Source: Selaginella moellendorffii
Lineage: Eukaryota > Plantae > Lycopodiophyta
Direction of reading: 5' to 3'
Assembly: GCF_000143415.4 (NCBI RefSeq)
Contig: NW_003314267.1
Location: 3,017,839-3,081,838, forward strand
Length of the DNA stretch: 64,000 nt
Shown here: piece after piece, positions 11,243 through 23,700 of the stretch
How positions within the stretch are numbered: position 1 is the stretch's first letter
Layout of the letters: the number at the start of each line of letters is the position of its first letter
Made by a program: the position numbers and the translations under genes
The notes under the pieces: generated by a model
Seen by the model: the letters and a program-made list of their open reading frames with translations, nothing else
Database searches by the model: none
What the model was told of the DNA's origin: nothing

Positions 11243-14200
11243 TGTTATGGCCTTAAATCCCACTGGCCATAGAATATTCTTAAAATATTTCTGTAGTTTG
11301 TGTCATTCTTCCCTCTTTCATGACCCAGCCACATATGGCTGCCTCGAGAAGCTAAATGAGCCTCACATGAAGGGAGTCCAAGGCAATATGGCCATGAAGA
11401 AAAAATGTGTAAACAATAACACTAACATCACGATAAACAGCCACGAAAGAAAGAAAGTAATATGGCTTTCTCATATGACAATATGGTCATGGAAACAAAA
11501 GAATGAAAATAGAACAAACAACTCAAATCATATAGCAATATGGCTATAGAACTCAATTCTCCCCTTCCTTAGGAATGTTATCCAAGTCATAACCAAAACT
11601 CGGAAACACTCTTTTTATGTCATCCTCAATTTCCCATGTAGCTTTGTCTATGAAATAACCATTCTATTGAACTAATAACTCTTTAGTTGTCTTCTAGCAT
11701 ATTTTCACCAATCTTTGAGCAAGAATATTGGCTGAACCAACCTTCTCTACATCAATCTCTAGGACTTGGATGATGGATTAATCTATGACATCACTAAAGT
11801 GCAAACACACTTTAAACTTGCTCATATGGAATGTTGGATGAATCTTTGAATTAGCTGACAAGTCCAAAGTGTATGCAAGATCCCCCACACACTATAAAAT
11901 TGTCCAAGGCCCACAATACCATGGAGACAACTTAGCACTATCACCTCTTTTCAAAGATTGTTGTGCATCTGACAGCTTAAGGAAAACTTTGTCACCAACT
12001 TTGTACTCTTGATGACGATGATGCTCATTGGCCAATCTTTTGTTTTGCTCTTGAACTTGCCATGTTCAACTTTACCAATTCAAGCTTGTCCTGTATATCC
12101 TCTAGGAAATCACAAGCATGAGATACCCGAACCAAAGCCAAATTCAAATTCACATGAGACTTAGGCTCATAGCCATACATTGCCATAAAGGGAGACATGC
12201 TAATAACTGATTGGTAAGCATTATTGTGAGCAAACTGAAGCAAAGGCAAGTACTCCTCCCATACTCCATGTCGAGTCAAGTTTCTCACAAAAGGCCTTAG
12301 TATATATTTTAATAGCTAATTCATGTGCTTTATCTGCCCATCAGATTGTGGATGCTCACCACTACTCATGCTCAACTTAGTCTTTACTTTTTCATAGACT
12401 GTTTGCCAAAACTTGGACGTGAACTTGGGATTCCGATCACTCACAATGTCACCTGGCAAACCATAGAGATTGAATAACTAGTTTACAAACAATTAAGCAA
12501 ATTCAAAAGCTTTTATTGTCGTGTTCACAAGGAAGAAGTGAACCATCTTTGTCAAACGATCCACAACAACCTAAATAGCATCATTTCCTTGAAAGGTTTT
12601 GGGCAAACCAGTGATAAAGTCCATTGAGATGCTATCCCACTTATTCTTGGGTATACATAAAGGATGATAAAGGCTAGCAAGTTTCTGATGATCAATTTTG
12701 ACCGCTTGGTAGGTCAAACAACCACATATGTACTTCTGAACATCTGATTTCATCCCAGGCCAAAAGAAATGCCCCTTCACCAACATATATGTTCTCAATA
12801 CCCCCAGATGCTTGGCACTGAACACATCATGACACTCAACCAAAATCTATTTGATGAGTTTATCAATACGAAAAACCACTACACATCCTTTTTTCACTAG
12901 GATTCTATCTTGTATTTCGAATGACACAAACTTGTCACCTTTTAAATCTGTAGAGGCATCTCTCAACAAAATCTTCACAAGAATGTAAAAGAGTCAAAGT
13001 TAACAAACTCTTTAAACTCATCTAAGAGATCATTAGATAGCTTCATGAACGAGATAGAATTTACCATCTTAGATAATGCATTAGCCATATTATTATCACC
13101 TCCATGCTTGTACTAGATTTTAACAAACATTTCTTGTAGAAACTTTTGCTAATGAGCAAGATGGCCTCAAAGATCCACATCTGGAGAGATTGATAATCTG
13201 AATATACATGGAAGTCTGATCTATACAGATAATGTTGCCATTCCTTTAGAATGGCAATCATTACATACAACTCCTTATTGCGAGTAAGTTAATTCCATTG
13301 TGTGGCATTAAACTTGTGGCTCATGAATGTGATAGAATGCCTAACTTGAAGCAATATAGCCCCAAAAACACTATCACTCACATCATTATTTATAATTTCC
13401 ACCATAGTCACCTTATCATTCATTAGCCCCTTTAAAACAATCCTTGCTCTAATGTCTAGTCATGTGGCAATGAAAACAATTGCTCTTCACCTTGTCTTTC
13501 TCTCACTGGTCCAAACGAAGCTTCATAGCCTCACTACCATGTTTATTCTTCGAGCCACAACGGAACAATAGTTATTTCTTCCCTGAATATGAAGTATTGG
13601 CAAGCTGGTTATCACGTTGACTACACCGTAGACCATCCCGTTGACCATAATTGACCAAGTTGATCGACAGTTTGAGCAAAAAGATCTAAGCCTTAGTGAT
13701 AGCATCAATCAATATTGCTAGAAAATCCTTCTTAACCTTTTGCTACACATCCACTGAGCTCAATCCTTTAATGAAACATTGCACCTTTAGCAACTCATTA
13801 TGGTGCCTGTGAGATTAAGGCAAAGATCACGGAACTTGCGGGCATACATATCCAAAGACAAAGTCCCCTGCCGGATCTTTAACAGCTGGTTCACGAAATC
13901 AACCTCTTCAAACTTCTTGACAAATAAAGTGTGGAAAACTTTTGTCAAATTAATTCAAGAAGTCGACTTCGGATTAGCTTTGATGTAGTTCTTCCACTAC
14001 GAAGAAGTATGGCCCGTAAGCTTTGTCACAAAGAAATTTATCTTCACTTTATCCTCATAAGGATTGTGAAACTAACAACTTTCCCACAATTCCAACAAAA
14101 AATTGACTATTATAATTATTCAGTAATGATTTCCATTCCACAATACCATAATCTTTAGCATGTTTAATATACCAATAGTAATCACAGACATAAGATCAAT

Positions 14201-14280
14201 TCAACTCTTGAGGATTCATGCGAGGTAAGAAATCCTTAATGAAATTGACATTAACTGCTTTTATGTCGCTTTGAACTTCA
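11243..14280 (-). mobile_element. Degenerate, internally deleted Ty3/gypsy retrotransposon (gag, RNase H, integrase, chromodomain-like end)
   Basis: FFWPGMKSDVQKYI..WDSISMDFITGLPKT, LPLLQFAHNNAYQSVISMSPF, LKEWQHYL; same family as 54500-55011 and 60609-63107. Confidence 0.9.
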
Positions 14281-14316
14281 GAAATCTAGAACGTTAGAAC
14301 AAAACCTAGAAACCTA

Positions 14317-14438
14317 AACCTAGAAAAAAATGTAAGCCCAAAATGAAACAAGCGCAGCAAACCCGTGCACTGCGCTCCTCCCATGTGTGGTAGATCCCAG
14401 GCTGCCGTCCACACAGCACGGCAGACACTTTCTTGGGC
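14317..14438 (+). repeat. Displaced copy of the BCD1 upstream region (partner 24074-24183)
   Basis: AATGAAACAAGCGCAGCAAACC..CTCCTCCCATGTGTGGTAGATCCCAGGCTGCCGTCCACACA present at both sites. Confidence 0.9.
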
Positions 14439-14439
14439 A

Positions 14440-15812
14440 TCTTCTCAATGCTGTGGTTCGCCCAGAATTCAAATCATTGAAGACTATGCTCAAGAACTCA
14501 ACAAAAACCTTCATTAAAATGCAAGTAGCTCTTATCAATGAAGAAGAACCAGCCGAAGACCAGACACCTGCAGATACAACCACAACCACAGCTTTGTTTG
14601 TCAACTCAAAGCAAACAAAGAATTCTCCAGGTAGAGGAGGCAGCGAGCAACACTGTGAACAGCTTCAAGGCTAGCAATGTTGGAGACAGCAACTCACTTG
14701 AGCGTAAAGGTGAGTGCAATTATTGTAAGCGGGTCGGACACTATGCCAGAGAATGCCGAGACAGGTTAGCAGGGCGTCCTTGAGGATTGGGGAGAAAGAA
14801 CGCCAAGACTGGCTATACAAACCAGTCAAGAGCTCTCATGGTAAGAGCTATTCCAGAACCTGTGTTTGTTCAGCAGCAGGATCAAGACGTAATCTGGCTG
14901 GAGATAGCAGCAAAGATGCACATGACTGGCAGGCGAGAAGCTTTCCTGAACCTCAGGAAATTTTTACAGGCAGGCAGGTTGGTTTAGAAGACAAGAGTCT
15001 TCTGTCAGTTGTCACAGTTCAAGTAAAGCTCGACATATCAGGAACATGTATTTTGTTCCAGGCTTGGCATATCATCGGTGCAGCTTCTAACAACGGTTTC
15101 TATTTTATTTTTAACGCCAAGCAGGCTATTATGCAAGACAAGAAGACAGATCAAGCAGTGGCTTATGGACAACACTATTCTGGACTTCATAAACTCAACG
15201 CCACCATGGTTGTTCCAGACAAGCAGCCGGATAGAGCACTTTCAACTCGAGCGAGTAATTTCCAGTTGTGGCATGAGTGTCTAGGCCATGTGCATGAAGA
15301 CGCCCTCAAAGCAGTGTCCAGAGATCAAGCACATGCACAAAAATTCGAGTTTACAGGCAAGTTTGAATTTTGTGAGGCTTGTGCGCTAGGAAAACAAGCA
15401 TGCACATCATTTCCAAAGTTTTCAGAATCCAAGAGCAGTCAGCCTCTTGAGCTCGTTCACACAGATGTGTGTGGGCCTTTCCATGTCCAAAGCCATCGTG
15501 GAATGAGGTATTTCTTGACATCCATCGATGACTACTCACACTACACAGTCGTGAGACTTTTGGCCAAGAAATCTGAAGTTCTTGATCACTTTAAAGTTTA
15601 CAAGACTTCAGCTGAAAATCTTCTTGGTAAGCTTTACGCAGTGACAAAGGTGGCGAGTACACATCAGCAGTTTACAGCTCCAGATAGTCCTGCTCAAAAC
15701 GGAGTTGCTGAAAGAATGAACCAGACTCTTATGGAGAGTGCACGTAATATGCTTAGTCACGTAGGAATGCCACTAACGTTCTGGGCCAAGGCGATTAATA
15801 CATGTAATTAAT
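14440..15812 (+). mobile_element. Ty1/copia retrotransposon, 5' part (gag zinc knuckle, GAG-pre-integrase, integrase)
   Basis: CNYCKRVGHYAREC; LWHECLGH; CEACALGKQ; LELVHTDVCGPF; PAQNGVAERMNQTL..FWAKAINTCN. Confidence 0.95.
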
Positions 15813-16501
15813 CACAGCTGCCTTCTTTTATAGTGCAAGTCTTGTACTTGAGATGAAACATAAAAAATCCATAATTAAAAGTTACAACATAGCTTGATAT
15901 GGGAGGTTCTAGGTGTTCTAGCACAACCCACTTGGTTTTAGATCAAAGGACCAGGATAAAAAACAGAACTGTTCAAAGGCTGGCTTTTTCTTCTAGATTT
16001 CCTATATGAGTTTTAACCAGTGAAGTTCTACAGAATTTTAGTTTTTTTCAATGACTTACTATAAAGTGGCAAGAAGAAATTGAAGAGAGGTGGTGGAAGT
16101 TTACTGAGGACCCAAGTTGCTTTATTCTGCTCAACATGGATATTGAGTTCAGAGTCATTGCTTTTGGAACACATCAAAAGCATCTTGGGGGTTCTTCTCG
16201 CAGAGGAACTTCTTGCATGCTCTCTTTTGATCACAAAGCATTTGGTGTGAAGAAACTGCTAAAAGAGAGAAAGAAATGGAAAATCTAACACATAATAGTA
16301 AAGTGTGGCATAAAGTATAATTTTTTGGCCAAAGCAATGCCAATAAGTGAGATCTATGAATTTAGTTTCCTGTTGTGCATACTCAAAAATTTGAGAGTTA
16401 AGAAATCCAGACTATTATAAAGCAACATAGATAGGTGAGAGCTGGTGAATCTTTAATTTTCAAGCCCGTAAGGGGAACAAAGGTAAGATTCCTTCCAAAC
16501 C

Positions 16502-17330
16502 ATGAAGAAAAATCACAAATGCATGGCTTGCACTCTCCTGCTCTTGCTCTTGGTTGTCCCTGCCATTGTTACTGCTAGTGTTTTTCTAGCCCGCTGTCAC
16601 CACCACTGCTCAGCCAAACCAGTCCCACCAAGTGAAGAAGCTCCGGAAGCATGGGACGAAGTCTCTAAGCTCTCACAGCATGATCCCAAGTGTCTGGCAC
16701 TTTTCAACTCACCACAATCTCCACCAAAACCTATGGATGCCTGCCTCCATCCCCAGCTGGAAGCCATCGCCCAAACTTCCAACACTCAGCCCTCGGACAC
16801 CAAAGCTTGGGGCCTAGTGTACAAGGAAGACACCTCCACTAACAAACACCTTATGGTTGTGTTTTGGGGCACCTCCACCCAGGCAAACATGTGCATCAAT
16901 TGGATCCTGTTTGGAGAGGTACCAAGGACATTACTTCCCAGCCTGACCTCTTGCCTCTCCTACATCTCCCAGGTGTGAGCTACACACACCAAGCTGTGGA
17001 GGTGTATCCAAACACATCGCTTCTACTCATTGGGTGCTGGACTCACAGTTCTCGTCTAGGCATCACTGGCGGACCTGCTGCTGCTGTTGCTTTCAGCAGC
17101 CCGGGAGCTAGAGGCTCATTGGAGTCGCGGTCCTTTCAGCTCTATTAGGAGATGAAGCGTAACATGTAACAGGTGGGATTCCATGGTCACAGCATCATGG
17201 GAGCAACAAGTTGGCATGGTTTGCTTGGTGTAGCACCAGGGAGCATCGGACAGTGCAGCTTGTTCAATGAGTGATGGGAGCTCCTTCCAGACACACAGCC
17301 CAAATGGGATTCTCAATAAACTACAGAGAG
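16502..17330 (+). pseudogene. Membrane-anchored class-3 lipase-like pseudogene
   Basis: N-terminal hydrophobic anchor; HLMVVFWGT (VVAFRGT-like); downstream ITGG..AVAFSSPG in a shifted frame. Confidence 0.5.
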
Positions 17331-18527
17331 GAGACAAGTCTACGTGCTTAGTGCATTAGAGAGTGAGTAAAAACTTACTGTGCATCTGTGAGGTGTGTGT
17401 GACTCGCAATAAACAGCCATCCTAGATTTGCTAGAATGCAAACACATGAACCATCACAATGTTAGGCTCACTGGATTTTGTTGTATTGATCACGATGCCA
17501 TTGAGTTTCACTGGACTGGAGAAACGTCGCAAGGCACCTTGGATTCACTCTAGAGAAGCAGCACATTGGTTTTTTTCTTCTGAGCAATACCTGTATCATT
17601 CAGAAATTCTGAACACTCTCTTGCATTTTCTCCAGGTACTTCAGCACTTTTTTCTTTACAGAAGATTGCTCAACAAAAAACCAGCAGTATCGAAACTATA
17701 AACTAAATTATAAGGATTCAAGTGATTACGAAAGGAATACAATCATCCACGGGGAGAGCATATGAAGGGCCAGACAGCCTGGAAACATGTTGATCTTGTA
17801 CCATGATATGAAAATCACTCATCTGAGTGTGGCGCTTTTCATGGGCCAATTGCAGCTCTAGTTCTTTTATCTGAAAAGAAAATTATAAAAATCCCTTCTC
17901 AACAACTACCTTTTCTATATAGAAACACTGAGGGGCTTTACCTTGCTTAGATTTGCTATTACCTGAACAAATTGAAAACATAAGTTAAAATAGCATAAAT
18001 ATTGTACGACTTTTCTAATCGACTTTGTAGAGCATTGTCCTCTGTGAGCTACATCTTCAAAACATACAGATGAGCACGTAGGGCAACTACACAGCATCAT
18101 ATTTTCAAATGGAAAGCTTTTGATAGCCTTGTAATCCATTACTAGATCTTGGTGTCCACCCTGTTTAAATTCTGGTAAAGGACGTCCACATGTGATGTTT
18201 TGAGGACAAATCAAAAGACTCAAAATTTGAGTTCCTTCCTTTTCTTTATCATGTCTGTAATTTGAGGGATAAATATTTCACAGCCACTGCCTTAAAATAA
18301 CCTGCTATTTTTTTTTCCTCTGGTTAAACATCCAGTATAGAAGGATGCCAAACACAAAGATAGTCTTCACAATCTGAAACAAAAGGCTGAGCTTTTTCTA
18401 AACAGATTCAGTAACATACTAGTTTTGATAAAATAAGAGTCTTCAGATTCTGATTTGAGGGAACGACCGCATTTCTCTTCAGCTACAATGGATGTGGGAT
18501 ATATCAATTCAAAGTTATTGAGGTGAA
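16913..18527 (+). repeat. 1.6-kb direct duplication, copy 2 (partner 9390-10962)
   Basis: Direct sequence match with small indels. Confidence 0.95.
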
Positions 18528-18870
18528 CCCCGCAGTGGGTGCTACAAAATTTCGCTCGAGAACGTGGTGAAGAAGACGAGCGACCTGGAGAGGATTGTGC
18601 CGCCGTATCACATCTATGATGAGCACACGGGGGACATCGTTCTGACGATTAGGGGGCTCAACCTTCGGCGGGAGAACGACTACTTGGTTCTTTGGGACAA
18701 CAAGCTTGGCAGGCAGGAGTTTCTGGATGGCTATGTCCACCATGGATTGCTCAGAGCTGCGGTGTGGCTGCTCTACCAGGAGAAGGAAACGCTGAACCTC
18801 CGGCGGGAGAACGACTACTTGGTTCTTTGGGACAGCAAGTTTGGGTTTCTGGATGGCTATGTCCAGAAGA
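18528..18870 (+). pseudogene. Second mono-/diacylglycerol lipase fragment with internal tandem duplication
   Basis: VPPYHIYDEHTGDIVLTIRGLNLRRENDYLVLWDNKLG..YVHHGLLRAAVW, then LNLRRENDYLVLWD..FLDGYV repeated. Confidence 0.8.
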
Positions 18871-19125
18871 CGAGCTGGGTACTGAATGTGAGCGCGCGGG
18901 GTGTTTGGCAGACTTTCCGACTGGAACATCGTGATCGTGTGGCGAGGAACCGTGACTGGAGTGGAGTGGCTGGAGAATCTCCAGGACTATCTCATGCCAG
19001 TGGGTTTGGATCCGCGGGACAGATCCACGGCGGGCGTCAAGGTGGAGAGTAGCTTCCTCGACATCTACATGACCAGCAAGTCCCGGAGCCGATACAACAA
19101 GTTGAGCGCGCGGCAGCAGCTCATC
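18870..19125 (+). pseudogene. DAD1-like phospholipase A1 fragment
   Basis: IVIVWRGTVTGVEWLENL..VKVESSFLDIY..RYNKLSARQQL. Confidence 0.8.
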
Positions 19126-19139
19126 TGCGCCCTGATCGC

Positions 19140-19297
19140 AAACAGGATCCAATTGATGCACATGTTTGCCTGGGTGGAGGTGCCCCAAAACACAACCATA
19201 AGGTGTTTGTTAGTGGAGGTGTCTTCCTTGTACACTCGGCCCGAGCTCCGGTGTCCGAGGGCTGAGAGTTGGAAGTTTGGGCGATGGCTTCCAGCTG
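19140..19297 (-). repeat. Inverted copy of 16754-16912 (lipase-like pseudogene segment)
   Basis: Shared MGHLHPGKHVHQLDPV ORF start on opposite strands (16864+, 19188-). Confidence 0.9.
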
Positions 19298-19629
19298 TGC
19301 TTTCTAGAGTTTACAGCTATAACTTTCAACTGATTATGTTAAAATTAATATTAAAATGCTTAATCTTGATGTTAAAATGCTTGAAAATTCAATGTGCCCA
19401 AAAATGTTCTATACTTTTCCCAACAGAGCTGGGATCCCAGATAGTAATTATTTTGTAAGTTATTAGAAAATAACCATTCTTGAACTAATTTATATTGTAA
19501 AAAGTATCCTGGATGTTTACTTTCGACATAATCAGGACAACTAACTTGTAACTAATTAATATTAGCATCAAAAAGTCTTTGAAATCTAACTATCAAAATA
19601 CTACCTTTAAGAGCTTCTTTCGCTATTAT

Positions 19630-19955
19630 CTATTGAAACATCCGAAACAAAGAAACTTTTCTATCACACCCGTCATCTCCATGAAGAACCAATCCTCGTA
19701 AAAGACTTGCGATCACGCAATCCGCCTATACACAAGGAACTCTTCCTGTTCTTCCGCCTCCTACACTGCCGACCGATCCATCGCTCGAGTGACTCAATTG
19801 TGGCGAGGGTTGGGATCGTTTTCTTGCAGAGGTGATCGGCGTCGTACGGGGAAGAAGATGATGCTGCTTGCTCCTGCAAAGTCGCGGTGACCTCCATCAC
19901 CATGGATGGCGCTCTGGAATCAAGCCTCGGATCGCTGCTGCGGGGAATTGCGCCA
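19630..19955 (-). repeat. Third, truncated copy of the 8429-8923 ORF family
   Basis: GAIPRSSDPRLDSRAPSMVMEVTATLQEQAASSSSPYDADHLC. Confidence 0.9.
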
Positions 19956-20151
19956 GAGATTTTGTAGCACCCACTGTGGGGGCATAAAAATTTGTGGGTA
20001 GCACACAATCACATTCTGGATTTCTCTTGACCTAAGAATGGGGGAAGCGTAGCCAGTTCAGCAATAGATTCTGATGCTCTGCCCACATTGACAACTTTAT
20101 GTAGATTATTAAAGTGCTTTGGTTGAATGGCAAACTACGGCTCTAGAGTTG

Positions 20152-21690
20152 AATTCGCAATCTAGTGCCTACCCAGCCTCTTGCAGATATTCCTTATTGT
20201 CTTTGGACCGGGAAGCAAGTCAGCTTGAGACATCTACGAGTTTTTTATGCAAAAGTTTCTAACAGTCATCGCAGAAAATTGGAGCCGAAGAGCATTCCTT
20301 GCATCATGGTTGGCTATTGTCTCGAGACTAAAGCTTATCGTCTTTACAACATGGCCACCAGATCAATTCTTATCAGCAGAGATGTCCAGTTTGATGAGAA
20401 TTCTCTTTACAAGCATTGTTATAAAAATCCTGAGACTCCATCTTATGTTTTACTTTATGATGAAGAGGACGTTTCTAGGGCATCTGGGCCGCAGCCGCAC
20501 TCCTCAGCAGCAGGTCGAAGCAGAGTCGCAGCCCCCACTCGAGCCTAGTCCTGTCACACCCGAGCAAGAAGATGAAGCAGTTACGCCATTTGATGACGCC
20601 TTCATTTTTCCAGGTTTGTTTGATGAACCAGAGGAGGAGGAGTCTCCACCAGGGCAGCCGCAAGCAGAGCCTAGTACTCCTGTGGCTGCAAGATCTCAGC
20701 AAGAAGCCGATCCAATTATTCCCAGCAAACCTTATCGGACTGTCACACGCAGCTATTTATCGCAAGCAGCTCAAGATGCTCAAGACTCCGGCCTCAAATT
20801 GCTGTCAGTCATGGAGCAGCTTCCTTCTGAACCAGGCACAGTTTGTGTAGCTCTCCAATCACCAGAAGCAGGACAGTGGAAGGCTGCTATGCAGGAGGAG
20901 TACAACTCTTTGGTACGTAACAAGGTTTGTGAGTTTGTTTCTCTTCCACCAGGCGGGAAAATTGTCAGTACCAAGTGCAAATTGGATGCCATTCGAGCAG
21001 TGACTCGACATCGAGCTCGCTTTGTAGCAAGAGGATTTAGTCAAGTACTTGGTGTGGATTTTTCTGAGACTTTTTCGCAGGTGGCTAAAATGTCTTCTAT
21101 AAGAATTATTGCAGCATATTGGGATCTGGAGTCCATCAGCTTGATATCAAGATGGCCTTTTTATATGCTAAGTTTAAGGAGGAAGTCTATATTTCTCAGC
21201 CAAATGGATTTATTATCCTAGGACAGGAACCTAAGGTGTGTCGACTTAAGCGTGTGGCTTGAAGTAGGCTCTTAGAGTGGTATGAGCACATGGACAAGTT
21301 TCTTTCCTCCATTAACTTTAAGAAGGATAGCAATGTGTATATTTCTAGCTTTGGAGCTGCGACAGTACTTATCCCAGTTTAAGATTTCAGCGACTGGACA
21401 TCTTTCTTATTGCCTTGGGATCCAGGTGCTTTGGGACAGAGAAGCATCGGTCATCGAGCTCTCTCAAGCACATTATGTTGAAGAAATCTTGCACAAGTTC
21501 AACATGCAAGATTGCAAGCCCATGACAACGCCCATGGATCCAGGTCTTGTGCTGTCTATTGAGCAAAGTCCCAACTGTGAGGAGGAGAAAGCAATGATGG
21601 TGAAAGTTCCATATCGACAAGCAGTTGGATGCCTTATTTATCTAGCCATCAGTACTAGACCAGATGTAGTTGGAGCAATCTACAACATTT
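20152..21690 (+). mobile_element. Ty1/copia retrotransposon, 3' part (integrase C-terminus/SH3, reverse transcriptase), frameshifted and truncated
   Basis: HLRVF..KLEPKS..VGY..KAYRLY..ISRDVQFDE; WKAAMQEEYNSL; RARFVARGFSQVLGVDFSETFS; PYRQAVGCLIYLAISTRPDV. Confidence 0.95.
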
Positions 21691-23700
21691 CCTTCATTTG
21701 GCATATTAATCATTTCTTACTTTCATAATTTTCATTCTTAAGTATATATTATCCTCCTCATAGTATGTGTAGTTTAGAATCTTACATTTTTTTTTGGTGT
21801 CTCTAATAATTTCTTCAAAATCTAGTCTTGAATATTCCCCTATTCTAAAGAGTTTATATTGAATGTATTTCCCTAATAATGAATGTTGTTAAGAGGCTTT
21901 GTCTTACAGCTAAAGAGTCTATCTATTCCCTTGAAATTGCAAAAGCATTTTCACTTTCCCATATTAAGTATTGACTTTAATGTTAAGGAAGTTGAGCAAT
22001 ATAGGATAAAGTATTTTATAATAGGATGTTCTATAATATTAAGCCCTTTAGGATATAATTTTATTCTTTTTTCTATGCTTTTGCATTGAATATTATTGAG
22101 AATTCCTCTTCTAATAATTCTTTATCCACTAATTCTATTTCCACTTATTTTTATTCTTGATTCTTTCCACTTTCTCCTATTTGCCCTAATATTTTAAACA
22201 TTTTTGTCTTTGGATGAGGGGGTAAAGTAGATAAAAACTTGACCCTAATGATAAAAAGATGACAAGTGACAATAATATTGGAGTGAGGATGAATGGCATA
22301 GATTGTAGAGTGAGAATAAGTTTAGAAAGTCTTAAAAGATTATACAATTCGATGAGTGAGGTCAAATATATTAAAATTTTAGAGAGTGGAAGTTTTTTTC
22401 TTGCATAGAACTCTGCCCTAAGAAGAGTCCTTTATCTACTCTTTCTTCACTCTTAAAAGGAAAAAGAGTTTTTAAACTTTAGCTTTATTCAAACTTGCTG
22501 CATTTTATCCTCACTCTACCATCTATATTTAACCGCACTTCATTATTATAGGTTACATGTAATTAAAAATGCTATATTATTAATATAGTTTTTGCTAATT
22601 TTTTTAATTTTTATAAGTAATGATTACTCCATTTTATTTGTTTACTAAGTTCCAGGCACTAGGAGAAAAAAATTTTGGGTGGGGGGGGGGACACACACTA
22701 GATTCCCCCCCTTCCCCCAATTCCAATCCTAGATCACTAATGGGGTGTATGGAACAAAATTCCCCCCCTTTAAAAACATCCCCCATAGGGACATATAAAG
22801 CTTTGGCCTTATATACTATACTAGATAAAGATAAAGATCATAAATCCAAGTTAATATAGGCCTTGGAAGCTGACTAAAGAGAAGAGGTAAAAATAGGTTT
22901 TATTGATAAGTCTAAGCTAGATTTAGAGGCTCCCTAAAGGGCAAATATAAAAACAAGATTTTCCATTTATTACAGTGATGTTTGGTGAACAGTTATTCTT
23001 GAAGTTCTCTACTTTCGTTATAGTTTCAAAGTATTTGGTAGATATGCAGAAGGTTATAATTGGTTAAATGGGATTTCATAGTTAGTTGATATCTATGCCA
23101 TGGATTTGTGGGGTAGATCCATCGGGGCCTCGCATTGAGATTAATCTTGTATTTATAATTTATAAACATGTTTATAATGTAAACTTTCATTTGATCCATT
23201 GGATTAATAAATCTACTATTAAGAAACATAAGTGTTGTTGTGATACACTACTATTAAATGTTGCTGCATGCACCATATCCAACATACAATAAATTATTCA
23301 ATATAGTAATAGTTTTAAATTTTTATTTACATAAATATGACTATGTATAAATAATTTTTAAACATAAATCACATAGATGTTTCATATAAATAGCTAGCTA
23401 GAACATGAAAAAAATTCAGGCCAAAGTAGATAAACAGATCCTCTGATGCAAACATCAGAAGTCTACCATCGGTTTCTGCAAAACACCAAACTCAAAATCA
23501 ACACATGCTCACAAAGAATCCTAGCTACTGGAGGTGGAAAATTAGAATCCATGTGAGGAGGCTGAACATTAGAATCCAACTGCTGGGGTGTCACCACACG
23601 ATCTACGGCATCCAGCACTTCCGCCCAATCAGAGGGGGGCATCGCTCAATGCGAGGTAAGTTTCTGCTTCCGCGCGCGTCGCAAAACCCTTAAACTGAGC

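Larger units (their letters stand above)
15813..20151. other. 4.3-kb insertion of shuffled host gene fragments inside the copia integrase
   Basis: Copia reading FWAKAINTCN stops at 15812 and resumes IRNLVPTQPLADIPYCLWTGK at 20153. Confidence 0.85.

Noticed and set aside
15811-20165. Canonical Helitron or CACTA identity for the 4.3-kb insert
   Set aside because: CTAG at 20143 is not at the junction and lacks a clear hairpin; the ends CACAG../..AGTTG are not inverted repeats.
21700-23400. AT-rich tract with faint retroelement-like peptides and G/C runs near 22680-22720
   Set aside because: Too degenerate to assign from sequence alone.
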